From NCBI GenBank assembly GCA_012839865.1, contig DUMO01000070.1, positions 1 to 44,067 of the forward strand: a stretch of DNA of 44,067 bases, given 5' to 3'. The notes under the pieces are model-generated. The model was not told where the DNA came from. It saw nothing but the letters and a program-made list of their open reading frames with translations, and did no database searches. Positions 1 to 9,561 of this stretch are shown here, one piece after another. The first letter of the stretch is position 1, and every line of letters starts with the position of its first letter. The translations under genes and the position numbers were made by a program. This stretch comes from Clostridiaceae bacterium (GTDB lineage: Bacteria; Bacillota; Clostridia; CAYPLH01; DUMO01).

Positions 1-57
1 ATCTATTTTCCGGTGATGGCGTTTATTCTGCTTTGGTTGTTTTTTTTGCAAAACAAA

Positions 58-90
58 TAAAAAAAGCACTCCTGGTGCCCGGGTGCTTTA
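58..90 (-). terminator. Rho-independent terminator after the 116..877 gene
   Basis: Minus strand AAAGCACCC...GAGTGCTTT stem followed by a T run, 25 nt after the stop codon. Confidence 0.65.
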
Positions 91-115
91 ATATTGATTC
101 AAAACTTTTCTCTTC

Positions 116-877
116 TCATTCTGCAGAGTGGCGTATTACTGCAACTTTGCGAGGTACCACCAAATCAGCGGTCTTTAGCTCATCTTCTTCGGAAATACGG
201 TATTTTACATCCATAATCTCAATAAATTCATCCGTGTATTCCTTCAAGACTCCGGTGTATTCAACAACCACATCTGATTTTGTCATTTCAAATATTACCA
301 GTTTGCCTATATGATGTTCAAGGAGAGGATCATAGGAAGTACCTACGAATCCTGTGAGTTCTTTTTGCACCTTGCTTACATATGCGTCATTTGATTGGAG
401 AAGTGTCCCTATATAAGGGCTTTTCTTTACCTGAGCAGTAATAAGGTTCAGCAAATCCAGCAGGGAATCCCTTACCGTCTTAAATATATTTATAGTTTTT
501 CTTTTCAATCTTCTTAAAAAGTTCGGATGGTAGGTTCTTTTAAGTTCCCATTCTCTTTTCAGTTTTGCCAGGCCGTCCAACTCATCATGGAATCTTATCA
601 GTGCCTGGATGTTTACATATTCATTCTTATAAAGCAGATAACTGTGTTTTTGATGAACCCCTTTTTCAGACGAGATATCATCAAAAATAAACTCCATTCC
701 GCTTATTTCAACTCTTGCTTTGCCATGTATTGTATTTTTATCTATAAGTTCCAAAATAACTTTATATCCGTCAAAATCGCTCAGGCACTTATCCCGCATT
801 CTTCCTTTAATAAAGGCCAGCAGGAAAGCAAAGAATACTATTATTGCAACAGTAGTGCCAAAACCCAAGTTTTGCAT
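116..877 (-). CDS. Hypothetical protein with one N-terminal TM anchor and possible Sm/LSM-like beta domains
   Basis: 253-aa ORF; GGGGGA RBS before the ATG; hydrophobic N-terminus (VAIIVFFAFLLAFI) followed by basic residues; no recognised family. Confidence 0.8.
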   Translation of the reverse strand: MQNLGFGTTVAIIVFFAFLLAFIKGRMRDKCLSDFDGYKVILELIDKNTIHGKARVEISGMEFIFDDISSEKGVHQKHSYLLYKNEYVNIQALIRFHDELDGLAKLKREWELKRTYHPNFLRRLKRKTINIFKTVRDSLLDLLNLITAQVKKSPYIGTLLQSNDAYVSKVQKELTGFVGTSYDPLLEHHIGKLVIFEMTKSDVVVEYTGVLKEYTDEFIEIMDVKYRISEEDELKTADLVVPRKVAVIRHSAE

Positions 878-1062
878 TCAATTGTCCCCCATCACCAAAC
901 TGTTTGAAAAATTTACTCTCCAAAGGATTATACAAACCAATTTCATATGGAAATTTGATTGTTTTTATTCTACAATACAAGTTCCCATGCAGAATATACC
1001 TCAAGCAAAATATTTCTCAGTAAAATTTTACCGTTACAATACATTATATGCAAAGTTAATTA

Positions 1063-1093
1063 ATGAGCGGAGTAAAAAAATCACTCCGCCCAT
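1063..1093 (-). terminator. Stem-loop/terminator downstream of PFOR
   Basis: Minus strand ATGGGCGGAGT / ACTCCGCTCAT 11-bp stem (one G-U pair); weak U tract; a second imperfect hairpin lies at 1123-1157. Confidence 0.55.
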
Positions 1094-1195
1094 TTTCAGC
1101 TAACAAGCCACTGTTTTCATGCTGCATGCCTATGCAGCAACCTGGCATACCCATGCAACAATCTGTCATTTATATCACTTCCGCAAACTGTCAAA

Positions 1196-4100
1196 TTACT
1201 CTCCGGATGCAAGCTTCTTGTAAGTTTCATACCTTTCCTTTGCATCCCTTTCTGCTGCCTGGAACAGCTCATCGGCAACATCCGGGAATGTCTTCTTCAG
1301 GGATGAGTAGCGTACTTCGTCCTTGATGAAGTCCTGGAAGCTCTTTGTCGGTTCCTTGGAGTCAAGAATGAAGGGGTTCTTGCCCTGCTGCTTAAGCTCA
1401 GGAACATACCGCCACAGATGCCAGTAACCTGATTCAACAGCAAGTTTCTCTCTTGAAGGAGTCCTGGTCATGCCACCCTTGATACCATGGTTGATACATG
1501 GAGCATATGCAATTATCAAAGACGGTCCCTTATGAGCTTCAGCTTCCTGGATGGCTTTGACAAACTGATTCATATTTGCTCCGATAGCAACCTGTGCAAC
1601 ATATACATATCCATAGGTTGCTGCAATCAAACCAAGGTCCTTCTTCTTTATGCGTTTGCCGGAAGCAGCAAACTTGGCCACAGCTGCTGTAGGAGTACTC
1701 TTTGATGCCTGGCCGCCGGTATTGGAATATACTTCTGTATCAAATACAAGAATATTGACGTCCTCTCCCGATGCAAGAACATGGTCTAGTCCACCGTAAC
1801 CGATATCATATGCCCAACCGTCACCGCCGAGAATCCACTGGGATTTCTTTACAAAATAATCGCGGTTCATGTTGAGGTTGTCAATAATCCTTGCACATTC
1901 GTCACAGCAGGGCTTATAACTGTCTACTGCATCACAAAGAGCTTTGGAGGCTTTCTTTGAACCTTCTCCGTCATCCTTGCTGGCAATCCATTCCTCTGCA
2001 GCCGCTCTGAGGTTTTCAGGAATATCGAGAGTCAGCAAATTCTTAAGCTGCATCTCAATATTGTCGCGAATTTGCTTAACACCCAGGTACATACCCAAAC
2101 CGTATTCGGCATTGTCTTCGAAAAGTGAGTTTGCCCAGGCAGGTCCTTTGCCTTCCCTGTTGGTACAATATACTGTTGCAGGAGCAGAGCCGCCCCAGAT
2201 TGATGAACAACCGGTAGCATTTGCTATCATCATGCGGTCTCCAAAAAGCTGTGTAACAGCTTTGATGTAAGGAGTTTCACCGCAGCCTGCGCATGCTCCT
2301 GAGAATTCAATCAAAGGTTGAGCAAACTGGCTGTTCTTAACATTGTTCTTCGGTGCAAGATAATCCTTGTAGGTTACGTTCTTTTCAGCGTATTTCCAGT
2401 TTTCAGCTTCTGCCATCTGGCTGTCAAGAGGTTTCATAACCAAAGCTTTTTCTTTAGCCGGGCAAACATCTATACAGTTGTTGCAGCCATAGCAGTCCAG
2501 AACGGAAACCTGTATTCTGAATTCATGACCTTTAAAGGCAGGTCCGATGGCCGGTATCGTCTTGAAGCCCTCAGGTGCATTCTTCTTTTCATTTTCATCC
2601 AGCAGGAACGGACGAATTGCAGCATGAGGACATACAAAGGAACACTGATTGCACTGTATGCAATTTTCCGGCTGCCATTCAGGTACTGTAACAGCAATGC
2701 CGCGTTTTTCATAAGCAGAAGTACCGCTGGGGAATGTACCGTCCTCAATGCCTTTGAAAGCACTTACCGGAAGTTTGTCTCCCATCTGGGCATTCATGGG
2801 TTCCATTACCTTCCTTATAAATTCAGGCTTGCTCATATCCTCCTCAACCGGAGTATCCTGTGCATTTTTCCAGCTTTCCGGAACATTAACCTTCACCAGT
2901 GAATCTATTCCTCTGTCAACAGCGGCAAAGTTCATATCCAGAACTGCCTGTCCTTTTTTCCCATATGCATGTACAATTGAGTCTTTCAGATATTTGACCG
3001 CTTCATCTATGGGGATAACTTTTGCAATCTTGAAGAATGCAGCCTGCATAATCATGTTGATGTGGCTTCCCAAGCCGATTTCACGGGCAATATCCGTAGC
3101 ATTTATAATATAGAAATTTATATTGTCATTGGCAATTTTTCTCTTAAGGTCTCCGGGAAGCACTGCATCCAGTGCTTTTTCATCCCACTGGCAGTTAAGT
3201 ACAAAATCTCCACCCTTTTTGAGTCCTTCCAAAAGATCATATTTGCCTACATAAGCCTGGTTGTGGCATGCAATATAATCTGCTTCATCAATTAAATAAG
3301 TAGACCTGATTTTCTCTTTACCAAAACGAAGGTGTGATACTGTAACACCGCCGGATTTTTTGGAATCGTAGGAGAAATACCCTTGAGCATACAAACCGGT
3401 ATTGTCACCAATAATTTTGATGGCACTCTTGTTGGCACCAACAGTTCCGTCAGAGCCAAATCCCCAGAATTTGCAGCGAATGGTGTTCTCATCCTCGGTG
3501 TTGATGCTTTCCCCTACAGGCAGTGAACTGTTGGATACATCATCAACAATACCGATTGTGAAACGATCCTTCGGCTGTTCCTTCTTAAGGTTTTCAAATA
3601 CAGCCACAATCTGATTCGGTTTTGTATCTTTTGAACCCAAACCATAGCGTCCGCCAACAATAACAGGTTTGTTTTCACATCCATAATAGAGAGATTTTAC
3701 ATCAAGATACAACGGTTCTCCTGCTGAACCCGGTTCCTTGGTCCTGTCAAGAACTGCAATCTTCTTAACGGATTTGGGCATAACCTCAAAGAAGTATTTT
3801 GAAGAGAAAGGTCTGTATAGGTGCACTTTCAAAAGTCCGACCTTTTCACCCTTCTTGCGCAGGTAATCAACAACCTCTTCGCAGGTTTCAGTTACAGAAC
3901 CCATTGCAACTACAACATACTCGGCTTCAGGATCGCCATAGTAAACGAAGGGTTTATAGTTGCGTCCCGTCAAAGCTGAAATCTTCTTCATATAGTCAGC
4001 TACGATATCAGGAATTGCTTCATAGTATGGGTTGCAGGCCTCCCTTGCCTGGAAGAAAATATCCGGGTTTTGTGCAGTACCACGGGTAACCGGATGCTCC

Positions 4101-4729
4101 GGATTCAGCGCACGCTTTTTGAATGCTTTAACTGCTTCCCAATCCAGCAATTTGGCAAATTCCTCATAATCGATAACCTCAATTTTCTGAACCTCATGTG
4201 ACGTTCTGAACCCATCAAAGAAATTCAAAAAAGGAATCCGTCCCTTAATAGCTGATAGATGTGCTACACCCGACAAATCCGCTACTTCCTGAACACTTCC
4301 TTCAGCAAGCAACGCAAAACCTGTCTGGCGGGCAGCCATTACATCCGAATGGTCGCCAAAAATGGAAAGAGCATGAGACGCCAGAGCACGGGCAGAAACC
4401 TGAAATACTCCCGGGAGCAATTCTCCTGCAATTTTGTACATGTTCGGGATCATGAGAAGAAGTCCCTGAGATGCTGTATAAGTGGTTGTAAGGGCTCCAG
4501 CCTGCAAAGAACCGTGTACGGCTCCTGCTGCACCGGCTTCAGACTGCATCTCAACAATCTTTACTGGTTGACCGAAAATATTCTTCTGGCCATTGGCAGC
4601 CCATTCGTCGGTTAGCTCAGCCATAGGTGAAGACGGTGTTATGGGGTAAATAGCCGCGACCTCGGTAAAGGCATATGAGACATATGCCGCAGCGGTATTA
4701 CCATCCATAGTTTTCATTTTTTTAGCCAT
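1196..4729 (-). CDS. nifJ: Pyruvate:ferredoxin (flavodoxin) oxidoreductase, single-chain
   Basis: YPITPS N-terminal motif, two CxxCxxCxxxCP ferredoxin motifs, TPP-binding GGDGWAYDIG; start moved to ATG 4729, which follows an AAGGAG RBS. Confidence 0.97.
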   Translation of the reverse strand: MAKKMKTMDGNTAAAYVSYAFTEVAAIYPITPSSPMAELTDEWAANGQKNIFGQPVKIVEMQSEAGAAGAVHGSLQAGALTTTYTASQGLLLMIPNMYKIAGELLPGVFQVSARALASHALSIFGDHSDVMAARQTGFALLAEGSVQEVADLSGVAHLSAIKGRIPFLNFFDGFRTSHEVQKIEVIDYEEFAKLLDWEAVKAFKKRALNPEHPVTRGTAQNPDIFFQAREACNPYYEAIPDIVADYMKKISALTGRNYKPFVYYGDPEAEYVVVAMGSVTETCEEVVDYLRKKGEKVGLLKVHLYRPFSSKYFFEVMPKSVKKIAVLDRTKEPGSAGEPLYLDVKSLYYGCENKPVIVGGRYGLGSKDTKPNQIVAVFENLKKEQPKDRFTIGIVDDVSNSSLPVGESINTEDENTIRCKFWGFGSDGTVGANKSAIKIIGDNTGLYAQGYFSYDSKKSGGVTVSHLRFGKEKIRSTYLIDEADYIACHNQAYVGKYDLLEGLKKGGDFVLNCQWDEKALDAVLPGDLKRKIANDNINFYIINATDIAREIGLGSHINMIMQAAFFKIAKVIPIDEAVKYLKDSIVHAYGKKGQAVLDMNFAAVDRGIDSLVKVNVPESWKNAQDTPVEEDMSKPEFIRKVMEPMNAQMGDKLPVSAFKGIEDGTFPSGTSAYEKRGIAVTVPEWQPENCIQCNQCSFVCPHAAIRPFLLDENEKKNAPEGFKTIPAIGPAFKGHEFRIQVSVLDCYGCNNCIDVCPAKEKALVMKPLDSQMAEAENWKYAEKNVTYKDYLAPKNNVKNSQFAQPLIEFSGACAGCGETPYIKAVTQLFGDRMMIANATGCSSIWGGSAPATVYCTNREGKGPAWANSLFEDNAEYGLGMYLGVKQIRDNIEMQLKNLLTLDIPENLRAAAEEWIASKDDGEGSKKASKALCDAVDSYKPCCDECARIIDNLNMNRDYFVKKSQWILGGDGWAYDIGYGGLDHVLASGEDVNILVFDTEVYSNTGGQASKSTPTAAVAKFAASGKRIKKKDLGLIAATYGYVYVAQVAIGANMNQFVKAIQEAEAHKGPSLIIAYAPCINHGIKGGMTRTPSREKLAVESGYWHLWRYVPELKQQGKNPFILDSKEPTKSFQDFIKDEVRYSSLKKTFPDVADELFQAAERDAKERYETYKKLASGE

Positions 4730-4811
4730 ATTTTTCACTCCTTGTTTTTATACGATAATGTACTTTGTATACATTATGGCGTGTACCAAACACTATTTAT
4801 TAAACGAGTTC

Positions 4812-4839
4812 ATTATATCATACTTTCGACAAGTAACAA
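4812..4839 (-). promoter_or_regulatory. SigA-type promoter of PFOR with a Spo0A box in the spacer
   Basis: TTGTTA-16 nt-TATAAT with extended -10 (TGa); TGTCGAA at 4825-4831 on the minus strand. Confidence 0.55.
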
Positions 4840-4986
4840 AGCAAAAAATAAGAAGTCATGTTCAAATAATTAAAACTCATTACGCAACTGAGGAGCTAAA
4901 TTCAATGAACAATAGCCTTTAGAGATGTAACAAAATTTTTTCAAATTCATATTATGTATACTAAAAAAGCAATTAGGGGGAGTACC

Positions 4987-5822
4987 ATGAAAAAAATACT
5001 TGCCGGTTTTTTAATCGCATTCATTCTCATCTTTATCAGCGGAATGGCACTGGCTGCAAGTGTAACACCGCAGTTGATTGATGGTAATGATATTGACAAA
5101 GCAGATGAAATAACACCTGAAGGATGTATATTCTACTCCTTTGGCAATAATGAAGACCCTGGAACTTATACGGTCAGATTTGATTGTGAAGGCAATGTGG
5201 ATCCGAACGGGAGTCTGATTTTTTCAATAACAATCGGCACACGGCCTGGAGATTCATTTACTTCGGTTCTGTCCTGGGAAAGCAACTTCGAGGTCTATGC
5301 CGTTACTGTCAAGGGTGGACCCAATTCAACCTCTATGTATATGATACCGCAACCAATGACACATACCTGGTTGCACCTGATGTAGCCAGCGGAAGGCCTG
5401 CTGATGTAAGCCATACTTCATTGATATTCTGTCCGGGCCAATGCCCGACACCGACACCTACTCCGACGCCCACGCCGACGCTGACGCCTACGCCGACACC
5501 TACGCCAACACCTACACACACGCCGACACCGACGCCCACACCGACACCGACACCTACACCTACGCCGACACCAACAATACCGCCGCCGACACCTACGCCA
5601 AAACCTCCGAAACCGGATTGTCCGGTAATATGCCTGTGCATTTTATTTGCGATAATTACATTCATTCTTGGACTTTTAATCGGGCTTTTAATATGCAAGC
5701 TCCTGAAGAAAAAGCACAAGCCTTGCGATGGTGATAATAATCATGGCAAGAAAGACAAGGGCAAGAAAAAGGGCGATCACGGCAAGAAAAAAGATGACGG
5801 CAATATAAATATTATATTCTAG
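4987..5822 (+). pseudogene. Secreted/membrane-anchored protein (signal peptide, VKGG-type beta domain, Pro-Thr linker, C-terminal TM helix, basic tail), split by a 1-nt frameshift near 5325 (real mutation or sequencing error)
   Basis: AGGGGG RBS and ATG 4987; signal peptide MKKILAGFLIAF...ALA; frame 1 ends ...VKGGPN and the -1 frame continues FNLYVYDTATNDTYLVAPDVASGRPADVSHTSLIFC into the 5421..5822 ORF. Confidence 0.75.
5445..5615 (+). repeat. Pro-Thr (PT)n linker-coding repeat
   Basis: Run of CCN ACN codons giving PTPTPT...; also explains the spurious GV-repeat and DTDT ORFs in other frames. Confidence 0.95.
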
Positions 5823-5877
5823 CAAGAAGGTTTATCTCCGGAATACCGGAATTTCCCCTCCTGCAAACATTTAAAAA

Positions 5878-5912
5878 ACTTAAGCAGTCTTCCGCTGGAA
5901 GACTGCTTAAGT
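5878..5912. terminator. Bidirectional terminator between the PT protein and topA
   Basis: Perfect 16-bp inverted repeat ACTTAAGCAGTCTTCC-gct-GGAAGACTGCTTAAGT with A and T runs on both flanks, between convergent genes. Confidence 0.9.
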
Positions 5913-5962
5913 CCTTTTTATTTTTTAACATGAAATTTTTTGCTGCAATAACCAATAGGAGT

Positions 5963-8062
5963 CTACTTATCTCCTTTTTCATAATCACACTTGATGCATT
6001 GGATTACAGGTCTCTTTTTTACAAACTTCTTAACCATAAAGCTGCCGCATTTCGGGCAATTCTCCCCTGCCGGCAAGTCCCATGACATGAAATCACATTT
6101 GGGGTTGTTTTCGCACCCGATATACTTTCTGCCTTTTTTGGTCTTCTTTATAATAACCTTACCACCGCATTTGGGACAATCCACTCCGGCTTCTTCAAGA
6201 ATAGGCTTTGCATTCCTGCATTCAGGGAATCCGGGACATGCCAGGAACTTTCCAAACCTGCCCATTTTGATTACCATGTTGCGCCCGCACTTTTCACACT
6301 TGATATCAGTCTCTTCAACAGGAAGTTCAACCTTTTCAAGCTTGGATTCAGCTTCCTTGAGCACATCCTCAAAAGCAGGATAAAATTCCCTCATCATTTG
6401 CACCCAGTCTTTATGGCCTTCCTCCACGTCGTCCAGGTCCTTCTCCATTCTGGCAGTAAAATCAACGTCAACAATGTCCTTGAAATACTCTTTCATAATA
6501 TCTGTCACGATTTTACCAAGTTCTGTGGGATAGAGTATCTTTTTGTCTTTTTCCACATATCCCCTTGATATAATTGTTGTTATTACAGGCGCATATGTGC
6601 TTGGCCTCCCTATTCCTTTTTCCTCCAGGGCCTTAACAAGGCTTGCTTCTGTATATCTCGGAGGGGGTTGGGTAAAATGCTGCTGGGGAGAAATTTCTTT
6701 AAGATCCAGTACTTCTCCTTCTTTTAAATCAGGTATGTTTGTGTTTTCATCTTCCGAAGCATTTTTGTTTGCATAATCCGCTTCCTCGTCCCTGCCTTCA
6801 ATATATATAGACATAAAACCCGGGAATTTCAGCTTCGAGCCGTTGGACTTGAAAATATAACCATTTGCTTCAATATCCACGCTTACCGTATCATAAACCG
6901 CCGAAGCCATCTGGCTGGCTATAAACCTTTCCCATATCAGTTTGTACAGCTTGTATTGGTCTCTGTTAAGAGAATCCTTCAGGGAATCGGGCTCCAGGTT
7001 TACATAAGTTGGTCTGATTGCTTCGTGGGCATCCTGAGCAGCCGACTTATTGGTATAAACATTGGGTTTGGCTGGCAAATTCTCCTGGCCGTATCTTTTC
7101 TTTATTAAATCAAGTGCTTCCTTCTGAGCTTCATTGGACACTCTGACAGAGTCGGTACGTATATATGTCACAAGACCTACGGTGCCCTTTTCTTTTACAT
7201 CAACGCCTTCATACAACTGCTGTGCCACCATCATGGTTTTGCGGGTTGGAAAACCAAGTTTTCTTGAGGCTTCCTGCTGAAGGGTGCTGGTGGTAAACGG
7301 TGGTGAAGGCGATTTTTTCTTTTCGCTTTTTTTGATGTTCTTAACAATATATTTTGCATTCTCAAGTGCTCTAAGAATTTCATCAACCTGTCCCTTGTTC
7401 TCAAGTTCTATTTTTGACTTATCCCTGCCATAAAACTTTGATTCAAATGTATGCCTGGATTTTACCTTGGATAAAATGGCATTAATGCTCCAATACTCTT
7501 CAGGGATAAACTTCTCAATTTCCTCCTCCCTGTCCACTATGAGCCTGGTGGCTACAGACTGAACCCTGCCGGCGCTCAAACCTTTTCTTACCTTTTTCCA
7601 CAAAAGGGGGCTTATTTTGTATCCGACAATTCTGTCCAGAACCCTTCGGGCTTGCTGTGCATCAACCAGGTCCAAATTAATTTCTCTCGGATTATTTATA
7701 GCGTTTTTTACTGCATTTTGCGTAATCTCGTTGAAAGTTATCCTGCACTTTTCCTTGTCATCAATACCAAGCAGTTGGGCAAGGTGCCATGAAATAGCTT
7801 CCCCTTCACGGTCAGGGTCAGTTGCAAGATATATTTTGTCTGAGTTTTTTGCTTCTTTTTTCAGTTTGCTTATAAGGTCTCCCTTACCTCGAATTGTAAT
7901 GTATTTAGGTTCAAAGTTATTTTCTATGTCTACACCAATCTGGCTTTTCGGAAGGTCCCGTATATGCCCGTTTGATGCTTCTATCTTGTATCCCCGGCCC
8001 AAAAACCTGCCAATAGTCTTCGCCTTGGCCGGTGATTCCACAATTACCAAATTATTTGCCAT
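5963..8062 (-). CDS. topA: DNA topoisomerase I (type IA)
   Basis: LVIVESPAKAKTI Toprim start, ATDPDREGEAI, SAGRVQS, C-terminal zinc ribbons; GGAGG RBS. Confidence 0.98.
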   Translation of the reverse strand: MANNLVIVESPAKAKTIGRFLGRGYKIEASNGHIRDLPKSQIGVDIENNFEPKYITIRGKGDLISKLKKEAKNSDKIYLATDPDREGEAISWHLAQLLGIDDKEKCRITFNEITQNAVKNAINNPREINLDLVDAQQARRVLDRIVGYKISPLLWKKVRKGLSAGRVQSVATRLIVDREEEIEKFIPEEYWSINAILSKVKSRHTFESKFYGRDKSKIELENKGQVDEILRALENAKYIVKNIKKSEKKKSPSPPFTTSTLQQEASRKLGFPTRKTMMVAQQLYEGVDVKEKGTVGLVTYIRTDSVRVSNEAQKEALDLIKKRYGQENLPAKPNVYTNKSAAQDAHEAIRPTYVNLEPDSLKDSLNRDQYKLYKLIWERFIASQMASAVYDTVSVDIEANGYIFKSNGSKLKFPGFMSIYIEGRDEEADYANKNASEDENTNIPDLKEGEVLDLKEISPQQHFTQPPPRYTEASLVKALEEKGIGRPSTYAPVITTIISRGYVEKDKKILYPTELGKIVTDIMKEYFKDIVDVDFTARMEKDLDDVEEGHKDWVQMMREFYPAFEDVLKEAESKLEKVELPVEETDIKCEKCGRNMVIKMGRFGKFLACPGFPECRNAKPILEEAGVDCPKCGGKVIIKKTKKGRKYIGCENNPKCDFMSWDLPAGENCPKCGSFMVKKFVKKRPVIQCIKCDYEKGDK

Positions 8063-8333
8063 TTTTATCCCTCCGCAAGAAGTTTGCTTTATATATGTAT
8101 ATGGCTTGCCCTTATTATGTTATGGTGCAAGTTACTGAAATATTAATTGCATGATTAATACCCGGTGAGCTCACCGGTTAAACTTGCAAAAACAAGTTGC
8201 AGATGTCGATTCTGCAGTATATACTGCCCGCTAAGCTGCTTCAACCAATTCCTTGCGTAGCATTACATGCAATACTGTTAAAAAATTTAACAACAATTAT
8301 ATTAACACAAAAAAAAATAAAATACAGCCAGAA

Positions 8334-9434
8334 TTATTTTTTTAACCTGTATATATTCCCCGGCATCTGTTCCACCAAGCCTTTCAACTCCATCATGATT
8401 ACCAGCGAATTGAGGGTGTTTATGCTTATTCCCGTCAATTCTGAAATATCATCGATATGGAGTTCTTCGTATTTTAAAATATCTAAAATTTTTCTTTCAT
8501 CCTTTCCGATATTGCTGATGATATTACTCTTCCCTGAAATATTAATTTTTCTTTTAATATTTTCAATATAAGAAATTTCCTCAAGAATGTCATCAGCGCA
8601 TGTGACCATTTTTGCTCCTTCCTTGATTAAATTGTTGGTTCCCTTGCTGTTCCATCTGTTTATATTCCCCGGAACAGCAAACACTTCCCTGCCTTGCTCG
8701 AGGGCATAATCTGCCGTAATCAGGGAACCGCTTTTTTCTCCGGCTTCGATTACCGCTACCCCCAATGAAAGGCCGCTGATAATCCTGTTTCGTGCCGGAA
8801 AGTTGTAGTTTAGGGGCTGGGTTCCTACGGTATATTCTGAAATAACAGCACCGCTTTTTATTATTTGCTCCATCAGGTTGGAATTTTCTTTTGGATAAAC
8901 CGTGTCAAGACCGCAGCCAAAAACTGCAATGGTTCTTCCTCCGGCTTTTATCGCCCCGTAATGGGCATGGGAATCAATCCCCCTGGCCATTCCACTTACA
9001 ACTGTGATACCTGCCTGGGCAAGCTCAAAAGCAATGTTTTCAGCCATCTCCAGCCCATAACAGGTGGCCCGTCTTGAGCCCACAATTCCAATGCAATGTT
9101 CATCCGGTATCAGCTTGCCCCTCACATACAATACCACCGGTGGGTCGTATGTGTTTTTAAGGCACTCAGGGTATATCTCGCTTTTGAAGGTAATTATTTC
9201 AATTTTGTTATATAAAGTCGCTTTGTAAACCACTCCTGCTTCTTCACGGTTTTCCGGTGAAATTATCTGCTTTATGTTATTGCCTGTCAAAAAAGGAGCC
9301 AGCTTAAGTTCAGGTATAGTGGCATTCCATACGTTTTCCGCATCTTTAAAAAAATCTATCAGCATTTTGCGTTTAACCGGAGAAACCCCCGGAAGCATGC
9401 TCAGCCACACCCATGGTAATAAATTATTTTTCAT
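8334..9434 (-). CDS. dprA: DNA-processing protein DprA/Smf
   Basis: IVGSRRAT, VSGMARGIDS, FPARNRIISGLS, EAGEKSGSLITA motifs; C-terminal winged helix; start moved to ATG 9434 after AAGGAG. Confidence 0.95.
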   Translation of the reverse strand: MKNNLLPWVWLSMLPGVSPVKRKMLIDFFKDAENVWNATIPELKLAPFLTGNNIKQIISPENREEAGVVYKATLYNKIEIITFKSEIYPECLKNTYDPPVVLYVRGKLIPDEHCIGIVGSRRATCYGLEMAENIAFELAQAGITVVSGMARGIDSHAHYGAIKAGGRTIAVFGCGLDTVYPKENSNLMEQIIKSGAVISEYTVGTQPLNYNFPARNRIISGLSLGVAVIEAGEKSGSLITADYALEQGREVFAVPGNINRWNSKGTNNLIKEGAKMVTCADDILEEISYIENIKRKINISGKSNIISNIGKDERKILDILKYEELHIDDISELTGISINTLNSLVIMMELKGLVEQMPGNIYRLKK

Positions 9435-9561
9435 TTTTTTACTCCTTGCCATTTAGCATGGAAATCGTTTTTACAAATTTTGATACCCGCCATATGATTC
9501 ACAATCCGGAAGCAGCTGTCAGACTCGTTTAATAATACTGTTTCAAACACTATGCTGTCCG

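Noticed and set aside
5318..5330. Programmed -1 ribosomal frameshift in the PT-linker gene
   Set aside because: No X XXY YYZ slippery heptamer or obvious downstream stimulator at the shift; a 1-nt loss is simpler
5333..5734. ORFs 5333..5719 (-) and 5441..5734 (+)
   Set aside because: Alternative-frame and antisense by-products of the PT repeat
8275..8293. Rex-like operator CTGTTAA...TTAACAA
   Set aside because: Spacer is 5 nt rather than the 4 nt of TTGTTAA-N4-TTAACAA, and the location upstream of topA is not a typical Rex target
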